Below, in pieces: positions 26,290 to 37,069 of a stretch of DNA of 64,000 nucleotides; position 1 is the first letter of the stretch, and every line of letters starts with the position of its first letter. The position numbers and the translations under genes are program-made. The stretch is from Octopus vulgaris (taxonomy: Eukaryota). The stretch is from contig OX597828.1 of NCBI GenBank assembly GCA_951406725.2, forward strand, positions 30,132,001 through 30,196,000, read 5' to 3'. The notes under the pieces were generated by a model that did no database searches, was not told where the DNA came from, and saw only the letters and a program-made list of their open reading frames with translations.

Positions 26290-27068
26290 TTAATGATGTT
26301 TTGATGTCTTTCCTTGAAATAAACAAAAGTTTATTTTTTTTCTTCCGGATGCTTTTCTGGCAATGAGAAACAGTTATATGTCACATTTCATCAACGAAAT
26401 TCAATTGTTGTTGGTTTCTTCTGTAATATTCTTTAGTAACACATGTTTTTCTTACATGTTCCATTGTAAGATATATTAACATCCACATCTAGATACCTTT
26501 AACAGTCCTCGTCAGATACATGGGAAACAGTCAAATCATTGACGGAGATGCTACTTGTCTGGTATATAGTTTTCTCCCTTTTCACAACCATATAACAATT
26601 TTAATCCTGACCAAACTCCAACCCCCACATCCTTTGAGAATGTTGTAATTACGTCAAGACTCTTTTCTTTTATCTCATTCATATTCTTTGCATAAATTTT
26701 AAATCATCCACAAAGAAACGGTGTGTTATTTTGCTATTCGTGTCTCCTTGTGAACGAGTGAGATAAGTGACTTCCTTATCATGAATGACAAGGAGTTTAC
26801 AGAAAGTATAAACATCGCAGAGAGACTGTCTCTTTGGAATATGAGTTTGCGATATTATATTCTATCGGTGAAAATACAGTCACTCTTTGTGTTTAATTTC
26901 AAGAGGGTGGCTCACAATGAAATCAGTTCGGCTATGGTCTTGACTTTTCTCACTGGAACTTTAGCAAGTTGAAAGGCTTCTAGCGTCCATGAGTGGGGAG
27001 CTGAGTCAAAGGCTTTCTTGTAGTCTGCCCACATAGAAACTTGGTTCCTCATATGCTCTCGCACCTCT
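26290..27068 (-). mobile_element. Decayed R4/Dong-like LINE reverse transcriptase fragment
   Basis: WADYKKAFDSAPHSWTLEAFQLAKVP, IFQRDSLS..FILSVNSLSF, FFVDDLK, RYLDVDVNISYNG. Confidence 0.8.
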
Positions 27069-27071
27069 GAG

Positions 27072-27104
<33 letters not shown>

Positions 27105-27766
27105 TGTATGTATGTATGTATGTATGTATGTATGTATGTATGCATGCATGTATGTATGTATGTATGTGTGTGTGTATGTATGTATGTATTTATGTAAATC
27201 ATTTAATTTTACCTTGGTTTCTATAATTTGTTAAATTAAAATTTTCTAGGTTAACCTGAGTTTTGCTGAATGAGAATCATGCTCTTCGTTAAAATGTGAT
27301 GGTAAGACAGTATATAGAATTGTTATTGATCATATATGTATATGTTCCTATAGTTAGAATTTATTCATGTGTATATAACTTTGTAATTAGGTGTGTATAT
27401 ATAGGCGTACCAACTTCTTATCAACGAATTTTACAAAAGAATGCTGTAAGGGTTTTAGTATGGAGGGCTACCACATGGTTTGTTTGTTGTTGCTTTCATT
27501 TAGATATAAATGTATTTACCTTCTGTTTTGAGAAAGTGAAGTTTAAATCCTGCACGTCAATCCGATGTCTTAACCCTCCTAGTTATGAGCGTTTTCTTGG
27601 TATGATTGGAATGCAAGTGTTCACAACAGAATGCTCATTAGTTCTGTGGTTTATTTGGTTTACAACCCCCCACACATATATACATATACATACACACACA
27701 TGTACATTTACATACTCACACATATACACTAGCAATGCATCCCTACGTTATGAAGCAAACAACTAA

Positions 27767-29180
27767 TGTTTACTTTAACACCTGACTACAAAAAAAAAAT
27801 AAGACTAATAGTGTACAAAAACGTGTATTAAACGAATATCAGAACAAAATATGAAAGAGTAAAGGTGAAAGAATAAAGGTGAAAGAATCACAATTTACAT
27901 ATATATTTATTCACATTAAATCTGGGAGGCATCTAAAATACTACATACAATATGATGATATAAATTGCTTATAAAATTGTATATAGTATATTATGATATA
28001 AATTGCATATAACTTTTTCTATTATATGGAGATGACTCGAGATGTGAAGTGACTCAAATATATATTATTGTATATTATGAATAGACAATTTGATGCATAT
28101 TTTTAATATTTTAGTAAAACAACATTCAAAACAGTAACTTGTAAATTGCTTCAATTGCAAGGATATTTGTAACGAATATTTTCCAACAACTTTTGGAATG
28201 ATTCATCTTTGAATTCATAACGCCACATAAATTCAATGAGGTGTGAATCAAATAAACTTCGAGTTGTTCCATTTTCTCTGTTCTTTCTCTTTTTTTGCAT
28301 GCTTCCACAAACATCCAATGTGATTAGTTGTGTCAAAGGTCACAAGATCAAGAAAATTAACAGAATAATTGATCCTTAAATGTTCATAACCAAGTTGATT
28401 TATTGTATCATATGCACGCCAAAGGACTGAAATGATTGTAGTTCTGGGTAAAGGCAAGAAGGGTGTCGGCTGTACGATCTGCCACTACCACTAAGAGACA
28501 CCTTCTGGTGTCCCTATTCTATTGCTCCGATTAACCATCGCGTTTCTACCTCATGTTCCACATAATACTTTCGTTTGACAAACGCGCTTTCATCAAATTC
28601 CATAATTCCGTATGTCTCCCCGCCGCCAGCTGTATATTTTGGGCAACACAGTATCCTCCACATATGTCCCGGCAAAAAATTGCGCCAATCCGCCAATGCT
28701 GCCTTTGTAATGCCACATTTATGAGCACTTTCCTTTCCCCAAACATCTATGGGCACCAAAATATAGCAAATCAATTATTTAGTGATACCTTCAAGAAAGG
28801 TATCTTTACGAATGGAAAATTTTTTGCACATGGCCTTCCACATGACCAAATAATGCTATCTGCCCATTTGTTGTCTATCATTTCTGTCATCGGCCGAACA
28901 CATACAGGACAGTTGAGATGATGATTAAGGAGGCTATGGACTATCAGCCAGTTAATGCATTCCGCTGCCGTGGCCGGAAAGACGGAAAGTTACCGATGCG
29001 TAATGTTGTTCACATTAGAATATAAATTGGCTGTGTGGTAAGTAGCTTGCTAACCAACCACATGGTTCCGGGTTCAGTCCCACTGCGTGACATCTTGGGC
29101 AAGTGTCTTCTGCTATAGCTCCGGGCCGACCAATGCCTTGTGAGTGGATTTGGTAGACGGAAACTGAAAGAAGCCCGTCG

Positions 29181-29233
<53 letters not shown>

Positions 29234-29873
29234 TATATCTATATATATATATATATATATGTGTGTGTTCGTGTATGTTTGTGTGTCTGTGTTTGTCCCC
29301 CTAGCATTGCTTGACAACCGATGCTGGTGTGTTTAGGTTCCCGTTACTTAGCGGTTCGGCAAAAAGAGACCGATAGAATAATACTGGGCTTACAAAAGAA
29401 TAAGTCCCGGGGTCGAGTTGCTCGATTAAAGGCGGTGCTCCAGCATGGCCGCAGTCAAATGACTGAAACAAGTAAAAGAGAAAAGAGAGAAAGAGATATA
29501 TATTTTTCTTCTATACGTTTGTACCTCGTCAATATATGTATATATATACTCTATTTCAAATATAATAGAAATAAGATGATCTTAGTCTTATCACATTAGA
29601 ATTAAAATTGAAAGAATAAAAGTGAAACAATATTATATCATATTACAATATAGATATTCTTTCACCTTTATTATTTCACTTTTGACACGTAATACCGGAC
29701 CAGTGCCAAACATTTTATGAATTCGGGAAAAAACACTTTCCCCACAAATTTCTTTACAATCGGTTCGTTGGCGCAAGTTGTTGTTCTTATATTCGTTTAA
29801 TACACATTTTTGTACACCTACTACACTTGTTTTGTGTTTGTCTTGCTTTGGTGGCCTGTTGTTAAAGTAAACA
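27767..29873 (-). mobile_element. Merlin (IS1016/IS1595-like) DNA transposon remnant with imperfect inverted repeats
   Basis: Transposase pieces EFDESAFVKRKY...WLIGAIE, TTIISVLWRAYD..GYEHLRINYSVNF...TNHIGCLWKHAK, FDSHLIEFMWR. IRs tgtttactttaaca...gtgtacaaaa.gtgtattaaacgaatat at 27767-27847 and 29781-29873. Confidence 0.85.
29028..29495 (+). mobile_element. SINE family B inserted within the Merlin remnant
   Basis: Nearly full-length match to the other family B copies. Confidence 0.92.
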
Positions 29874-29890
29874 AAAGGCCGAGAAGCGAT
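29872..29890 (-). pseudogene. U2: First 19 nt of U2 snRNA (duplicated fragment)
   Basis: Reverse complement ATCGCTTCTCGGCCTTTTG; its upstream flank duplicates that of the copy ending at 30331. Confidence 0.75.
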
Positions 29891-30101
29891 ACACATACAC
29901 AAATACACACTCAAATACACACACAGGTATACACACTCAAACATATGCACACACACACACACACACATACACAAGCACACATATATCTATATATACCAAC
30001 AACTGTTCTCTATAAAGATTTTTTCGGTCAAAATTGGTTTGCTGTGCCAACAACTTACTACAAACACACGCAACACACACATACACACACACATACTTAC
30101 A

Positions 30102-30173
<72 letters not shown>

Positions 30174-30182
30174 TATTTGATA

Positions 30183-30331
30183 CCGTAGCAAAGGTGGATC
30201 AAGCCCCAAACTCTTCACCTCGTCCTAAATATCAGTTTAATATCAATGGCACCAAATAGGGACCTATCAGATATTAAGCTGATAAGAACAGGTACTACAA
30301 TTTGTTCTTAGCCAAAAGGCCGAGAAGCTAC
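30183..30331 (-). pseudogene. U2: U2 snRNA pseudogene, 3'-truncated
   Basis: GCTTCTCGGCCTTTTGGCTAAGAaCAAatTGTAGTAcCTGTTCTTATCAGCTTAATATCTGATA...GGGGCTTGaTCCACC. Sm site altered (GATATTTAG), stem-loop IV missing, microsatellite upstream instead of a promoter. Confidence 0.92.
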
Positions 30332-30375
30332 ACACATACACAAATACACACACATATATACACACTCAAACATAT

Positions 30376-30422
<47 letters not shown>

Positions 30423-30792
30423 TATATCTATATATACATAATTCTGCTTATAATAATATCTTCTATGTAATTTAAATATCTTGTCTAAATTAAATGCCTT
30501 TTGCAAGTGATGTCAAATGTTTTGTTTTTCGCATTTTCCCTTTGATCTACATCTACGCGGTCAAAGAACACTTCTAGCCGTGTGTGATAGGTTGCCTCAG
30601 CATTACACTTTCTGTTCCAGCTCAATCCGGAGGTTGAGTGGAAAACCAAACTGAGCTTTCACACGATACACAAATTACTTTCCGTTAGTTGACTAAAAGT
30701 CTGTATATATTCAACGCGCGCGCGCACACACACACACAATTGAAGACATTCGAGTGAGAAAGAACGATTACCGTTGAACATTTATTTATTAT

Positions 30793-30896
30793 TCGCTACA
30801 ATTGCTTCCACGTAATGTAGTTCTCCAACAATACAAGTAGTAGATTATGCAATAGTTAGTTTGCATAATGAGATCTAGTTGTGTTTCCTCAGGCGA
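30793..30896 (-). ncRNA. Degenerate hammerhead motif in repeat family E
   Basis: tcgc-CTGAGGA-a.cac...gtg-GAAGC-AATT-GTA-gcga; homologous inverted copy at 33.35-33.48 kb. Confidence 0.6.
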
Positions 30897-31363
30897 TATA
30901 CGAATGTTGTCTGTTCTATTTATGCATGTGTGCATCTGCATACGTTATGCATATGCGTACGTATGTGTGCATATGAGTACGTGTGGGTCCATATGCATGC
31001 GTATGCGTACGTATGCGTATGCCTACGTATGTATATCCGTATAAGGTTGCTTGTAGCTAAATATTTGTATTTGTACATATATGTATTTATGTCTACGCGT
31101 GGGTGTTCATGTCTATGTATATGTATATGCACATGTATATCTAAGCATGGATACGTAGGCGCTCACTCAAGCGCTTGTGTGTATCTATATGAAATGGAGA
31201 CTATGGATGTACATATATCAATGTACGCATATATAGTTATAAACGTACGTATGCATATACTTATATGCGTATATATGAACCTGAACGTGTAGGTGAAAAT
31301 ATAACGATATTTACATCGAGATATATATAAATATGTGTATTCGTGTGTACCTGCACATTTGTG

Positions 31364-31394
<31 letters not shown>

Positions 31395-31397
31395 ATA

Positions 31398-31575
31398 ACG
31401 GGAAGCTTTATGAAAATAAACAAAAGACGAAGGCAGGTGGAAAACAAACGAACAATTGTATTAGTATGGCGCTCAGGAAATATAAATAAAACAAGTCTTT
31501 AACGTTTCGAGCCTACGCTCTTCAACAGAAAGATACACAGAGAGAGAAAAACACAGAAAGAAGGAGAGAAAAAAA
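31398..31575 (-). mobile_element. Short repeat family F with minimal hammerhead-like motif
   Basis: Minus strand: tcttt-CTGTTGA-a-gagc gtag gctc-GAAAC-GTT-aaaga; related copies at 35.5-35.67 kb and 37.1 kb. Confidence 0.6.
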
Positions 31576-31605
31576 ATGCGTGCAGTAGCTAACGAATCAT
31601 GTGTG

Positions 31606-31642
<37 letters not shown>

Positions 31643-31647
31643 TTTAT

Positions 31648-31900
31648 TTTATTTTATAGAAGGAGCTTCTACAGGACTAGAACTGTTTCATTCAAAAGAA
31701 ATCATCAGGCAGCTAGGTGACAAGAATAGTTTTGGCATTTATACATTTAGGCAGGTTTAAAGGGGTGGTGGTGGGGGACTTTTTGGGGTAGGCATGGCGT
31801 AAACTATCATTCTTAGGGGAGTGGTCAAAGGAATCAGTGATAAAGTAGATAAAAGAATAAATAGAATAATAGAGTTTTAGGTAAATAAGGAGACTCTCAC
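31648..31900 (-). mobile_element. Repeat family G, left inverted arm with hammerhead motif
   Basis: 31648-31815 is the reverse complement of 32002-32169. Confidence 0.85.
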
Positions 31901-31963
31901 TTATACACATATATATATATATATATATATACACATACACACACACACACACATACACACATA

Positions 31964-32001
<38 letters not shown>

Positions 32002-32003
<2 letters not shown>

Positions 32004-32240
32004 AGAATGATAGTTTGCGCCATGCCTACCCCAAACAGGCCCCCACCACCACCCCTTTAAACCTGCCTAAATGTATAAATGCCAAAACTATTCTTGTCAC
32101 CTAGCTTCCTGATGATTTCTTTTGAATGAAACAGTTCTAGTCCTGTAGAAGCTCCTTCTATAAAATAAATTAATTTACTCTGCTATGTATTCAGTACCTT
32201 ATTTACTGTGGTTAACCCCGACTCAACCCGGGACCTACAT
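32002..32240 (+). mobile_element. Repeat family G, right arm (Penelope-terminus-like)
   Basis: Inverted partner of 31648-31815; 3' end ...cccgggacctac abuts (AT)n and recurs at 33767. Confidence 0.85.
32103..32153 (+). ncRNA. Type I hammerhead ribozyme motif
   Basis: agcttc-CTGATGA-t-ttc tttt gaa-t-GAA-ACAG ttctagtc CTGT-A-gaagct: stems I, II and III all pair, cleavage triplet GUA. Confidence 0.8.
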
Positions 32241-32287
32241 ATAGATATATATAGAGAGAGACATGTATATATATATGTATATATGTA

Positions 32288-32331
<44 letters not shown>

Positions 32332-32332
<1 letters not shown>

Positions 32333-32644
32333 GTCACCGTGATCACCGTGTCCGACGAGGATATCAGATGTTGCTACACATCTCTGGTCACAATGCGCTT
32401 CGCATTGTTTTAGCCTTCAAATGACGCCACCTCGCTGGCTAAGCGAGCTGGCCGACAGAAGAAAGATTGAGAGAAAGTTGCGGCGAAAGAGTACAGCACG
32501 GTTCGCCACCCAGCCCCCTGCCGGAGGCTCGTGGAGCTATAGGTGTTTTCGCTCACTATACACTCACAACACCCGACCTGGGAATGGAAACCGCGATCTT
32601 AGGACCGCGAGTCCGCTGCCCTAGCCATTGGGCCATTGCGCCTC

Positions 32645-32645
<1 letters not shown>
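32332..32645 (-). mobile_element. tRNA-headed SINE family H
   Basis: Minus-strand ggaggcgcaatggcccaatggctagg (A box) ... ggtttccattccc (B box-like); GC-rich body; ends in cacggtga repeats; sits in microsatellite. Confidence 0.8.
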
Positions 32646-32677
<32 letters not shown>

Positions 32678-32815
32678 GTGTGTGTGTATATATATGTATA
32701 TTTGCATGAATTATATTATATGTATACAGGCATGTAAGTATAGATATGTATGAATATGCGTGTGGATATATATGTGTGGGTATGTATATGTATATATATA
32801 TATCTATATATTTGT

Positions 32816-32882
<67 letters not shown>

Positions 32883-33349
32883 ACATATGTATTGCATGCA
32901 TGCATATCTGCATGTATGAGATAGAAAATGCCAAGAGACAGGTCTGTTCCTCTCCATTCTTTTTTGTAAATTCATGTCTCTCTTGTGTATATATATATAT
33001 AGTACCAAACAAACATGACTTTTATTGAACACTCAATAGTTTTTGTTGAATACTTTCTTAAATACTTTCTTGTAAACTGTTTTCAACATTTTCTTATTAT
33101 TATCAAAGAATATATATATGCATTTTAATACGTTCTTGACAGCCGGTACTTCACAAAACAAAGATTATATAAAGCTTTACGTTTTACATTTGACAATCTT
33201 TTTCTATAAAATTGGAACCGGTCAAGTGAGTAATCTTTAAAAATGGCATTTTCAAACCTTATTTCATACATATTTCCACTCGTGCGGTATCTTACAAATT
33301 TACTTTGTCATATATATATATATATATTAGAAGATTTTAAACAAACGGA

Positions 33350-33480
33350 ACGGAGACAACACTCGTATATCGCCTGAGGAAACACAACTAGATCTCATTA
33401 TCTAAAAAAACAATTGCATAATCAAGTATCTGTTTGTTTGGAGAAACAATTGTTCAGAATAATAAATAAATGTCCAAACG
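33350..33480 (+). mobile_element. Repeat family E, second copy with degenerate hammerhead
   Basis: tatatcgc-CTGAGGA-aacacaactagatctcattat...GAAAC-AATT-GTT; reverse complement of 30777-30917. Confidence 0.7.
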
Positions 33481-33707
33481 TACACCTTCTTCTTGACTTT
33501 TCTTTCTTCAATTCTATATTCACACTCGACAGATGGCCAAATTTGAACTTGTAAGTATATAATAACATTATCGGTAGTATTGGGTATTTTTAAAGATGAT
33601 CGAGCTTTATACTGTACCCTACCACGTTTCTATCGAATTAAAACATAACCTATATATATATATATATATACATATACGTATGTGAGTGCGTGTGTGCTGC
33701 AATTGTG

Positions 33708-33766
<59 letters not shown>

Positions 33767-33769
<3 letters not shown>

Positions 33770-33933
33770 GGTCCCGGGTTGATTCGGGGTTAACCACAGT
33801 AAATAAGGTACTCAATACATAGCAGAGTAAAATTAATTTATTATATAGAAGGAGCTTCTACAGGAGATTTCCTGAAGATTTCTCTTGAATGAAACAGTTC
33901 TAGTCCTGTAGAAGCTCCTTCTATATAATAAAT

Positions 33934-33937
<4 letters not shown>
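33767..33937. mobile_element. Family G foldback: inverted 3' tail joined to a plus-strand hammerhead copy
   Basis: About 33-bp perfect arms ttaatttattatatagaaggagcttctacagga / tcctgtagaagctccttctatataataaattaa around CTGAAGA...GAAAC; embedded in (TA)n. Confidence 0.85.
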
Positions 33938-33984
<47 letters not shown>

Positions 33985-35499
33985 ACATAAATTTATATAT
34001 TTGTGCGTGTGTGTATGTTTCTAACTACAGGTGTATTAATATATATATATATATATAAGAAAGCGAGTGTGTATATGTATTCGTGTGAAAAATGTACACG
34101 TAGGCGTATGTTCAAATAAGTATCCATTACACACCTCCATTTATTTTATTCATAAGACAATTAACTGATAAACTATGAAACACGATCGCAGACATAATCT
34201 ATTAATGATACATTTATCTCTTTACATGATGTGCAAAGCAATCATCTGATGAATAAATACTTTCTATTGTGTGACATACACATATGTGCGTGTGTCTATG
34301 TATATAGATATGCATATGGCTGAACAGAAATTACACATACACATACATGCATATGTGTGTTTCTGTATTTCTGTGTCTGTTTATATAAATATATCTTTGA
34401 GAATCCTTTTTACATTGGTGCAAGTGTAGTGTTTCGTTTATTGCCATATGGTTTCAAATTTAGCCATATGTATGAGAATAAATATTTACTGCACGACCAT
34501 GAAATTCAAAGTTGTATTACCCTACCAGAAGAATAGGGAAAATGAAATAGTCTGTTGTGGTCTAAGTATGAAACTAATAATACCTTGGAGTGTGTGTGTA
34601 TAAAAATGGAATATAATATTGAAGTTAGTAAATGTTGAATGATTTTAGGAAATAGTGTATTTTAGACTGTACTATTTTCTCCTTAAACTGGCCATCCAGT
34701 CCTACATATTTGGCAGCATTGGTGCGATATGAGCAGAAAATGTAATCTTAAGTTTCAAATAATACAAAACTGTAGACATTAATTCAAAATCACGTTTATC
34801 ATGGTTTGCTATAAATTTGTGGACGCCTGAAGTAAGTGAAGCCTTACCTATATTTAGTCTGAAAACTTCTCATTGGGCAATGGCAAGCTTCGTTTTCGTT
34901 GGACAAACCAGCTTATATGAAGCAATTATTTTCAGACAGTGGAATGAAGTATTGCAAGGCATCCTTAGAGTTTATGGACATATACATTGGCTGTTCAAAC
35001 TTATACACTCATATACTTGCTCATACAGACAAATATATAATGCGTAAATGAGCTCAGAGAAATTACCTGGTGTAACCAGGAGAATGAATTCGAAAAACAA
35101 TGGATTATATGAAGAAAAACAATAATATAACAAGTCAAATTCTCGAAATTGTCTCAGTTTCCAGTGATTGTAGACAAATCGTTTTGAGGCAAGTGGGACC
35201 AACTTCGAACAATCTCGAGTATTAATTATTCCCACAATTGAGCTCTTACTAAGGGAGGACAGGGTGATTTTCTGGAGTGATGACAACAGATTTGTCTTGT
35301 GTTTTACCCCAATAAGTGACGTCAGTACAGCGATTCTACTATCATTGCTCTCAGAGACATGCCTCTTTGCCGCACACGAAAAATATTGGGGAGGTAATCT
35401 GCTAAATGAAACGGAACTGTGCTTGTATTTCATCATTACATGCATAAGCGCTAACACACATCCAATCCAAGCACACAGACACACATATATATACATTCC

Positions 35500-35666
35500 T
35501 TATTCTCTCTCTGTATTTTCTGTCCTTGTTTCTTTCTGTGTTCCTTTCTGTGCGAGAGAGCGTTGGCTCAAAACGCTAAAGACTTTTTCACTTCTCGAGT
35601 GAAACATCTGTTTGTTGTCTACACCACCTGTCTTCGTCTTTTGGGGTTTTTTTTGTGAATTCTCCT
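35500..35666 (+). mobile_element. Repeat family F, diverged copy
   Basis: gagc gttg gctc aaaacgctaaagact...cacctgtcttcgtctttt matches the reverse complement of 31400-31570. Confidence 0.65.
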
Positions 35667-35685
35667 CATATACATACATATATAT

Positions 35686-35776
<91 letters not shown>

Positions 35777-36107
35777 CATACACAGACATAAACATATATA
35801 TGTCTATGTCTGTGTGCATAAAGAGATTATCGTTACATATTTTGCCCTTGTTTAGACCACAATCACAAGCCAAATACACAATATTCAATCTTACGCAGCA
35901 AAATTTTTCCAACTTGTACAATAACTGCTTGAAAATAATCTTAGGTTATCATTTAATTAATCAATCACGCTTTCAACAGTCGCACTGTACGTAAAGTCTC
36001 TAGCAAGTACATCCAATTTTATCGAGACTGAGAGGCATTTAATTACAAAACCAAGCGCGCCAATTATTACTTGTATAAATGTAAATTTGTAATACGGATA
36101 TAGAAGC

Positions 36108-36463
36108 TATGTTTGTATGAATGTATGAATGTATATATATATGTATGTATGTATGGACGTATGTATGTATGTATGTATGGATGGATGGATATATGTATGA
36201 ATGGATGGATGTATGGATGTATGGATGTATGGATGGATGGATGTATGGATGTATGGATGTATGGATGTATGTATGCATAGATGTACGTATGTATGTATGG
36301 ATGGATGGATGGATAGATGGATGGATGTTTGTATGTATGTATGGATGGATGTATGGATGTATGGATGTATGTGTGTATAGATGTATGTATGGATGGATGG
36401 ATGGATGGACAGACGTATGGATGTATGAATGTGTGTATGTATGTATGTATGTGTGTGTATGTA
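36108..36463. repeat. Mixed (ATGT)n/(ATGG)n tetranucleotide tract
   Basis: Direct reading. Confidence 0.92.
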
Positions 36464-36644
36464 CGGGGTTTCCGTTTTCCATACTCATTCACATAACATT
36501 ATTTGACGTGGAGATATAGTACCACACATTTAGCGTGAGATTGAACCCGAAGCCACGGCATTGCTAAGCAAAAGACGTTTATCCCATAGACATACCTTTA
36601 ACTATAGGCACATACACAGGGGCACAAACGCATAAATACACATG

Positions 36645-36873
36645 TTATTCTTTTATTCTTTGTTTTGTTCCAGTCATTTGACTGCGGCCATGCTGGAGCA
36701 TCGCGTTTAGTCGAACAAATCGACCGAAGGACTTATTATTTTTAGGCGTAGTGCTTCTTCTATCGGTGTCTTTTGCCGAACTGATAAGTTACGGGGACAT
36801 AAACACACCGACATTGGTTGTCAAGCGATGGTGGGTGGGTGGCGTGGAAACACAGAACACAATCTCTCTCGCT

Positions 36874-36904
<31 letters not shown>

Positions 36905-37069
36905 GTATATATATCCATATACGACGGGCTTCTTTCAGTTTCCGTCTACAAACTCCACTCACAGGGCTTTGGTCGGCCCGAGGCTATAGTAGAAAACACT
37001 TTCCCAGGGTGCCACCTAGTGGGACTGAAGCTGGAACCATGTGGCTGGTATGCAAGCTACTTACCACAC
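36645..37069 (-). mobile_element. Older SINE family B copy
   Basis: Diverged but colinear with family B; carries an extra gcgatggtggg segment. Confidence 0.88.

Noticed and set aside
29820-29830. CAAGTGTAGTA on the minus strand, matching the U2 branch-point pairing region
   Set aside because: Lies inside the Merlin inverted repeat and is not followed by U2 sequence; probably coincidental
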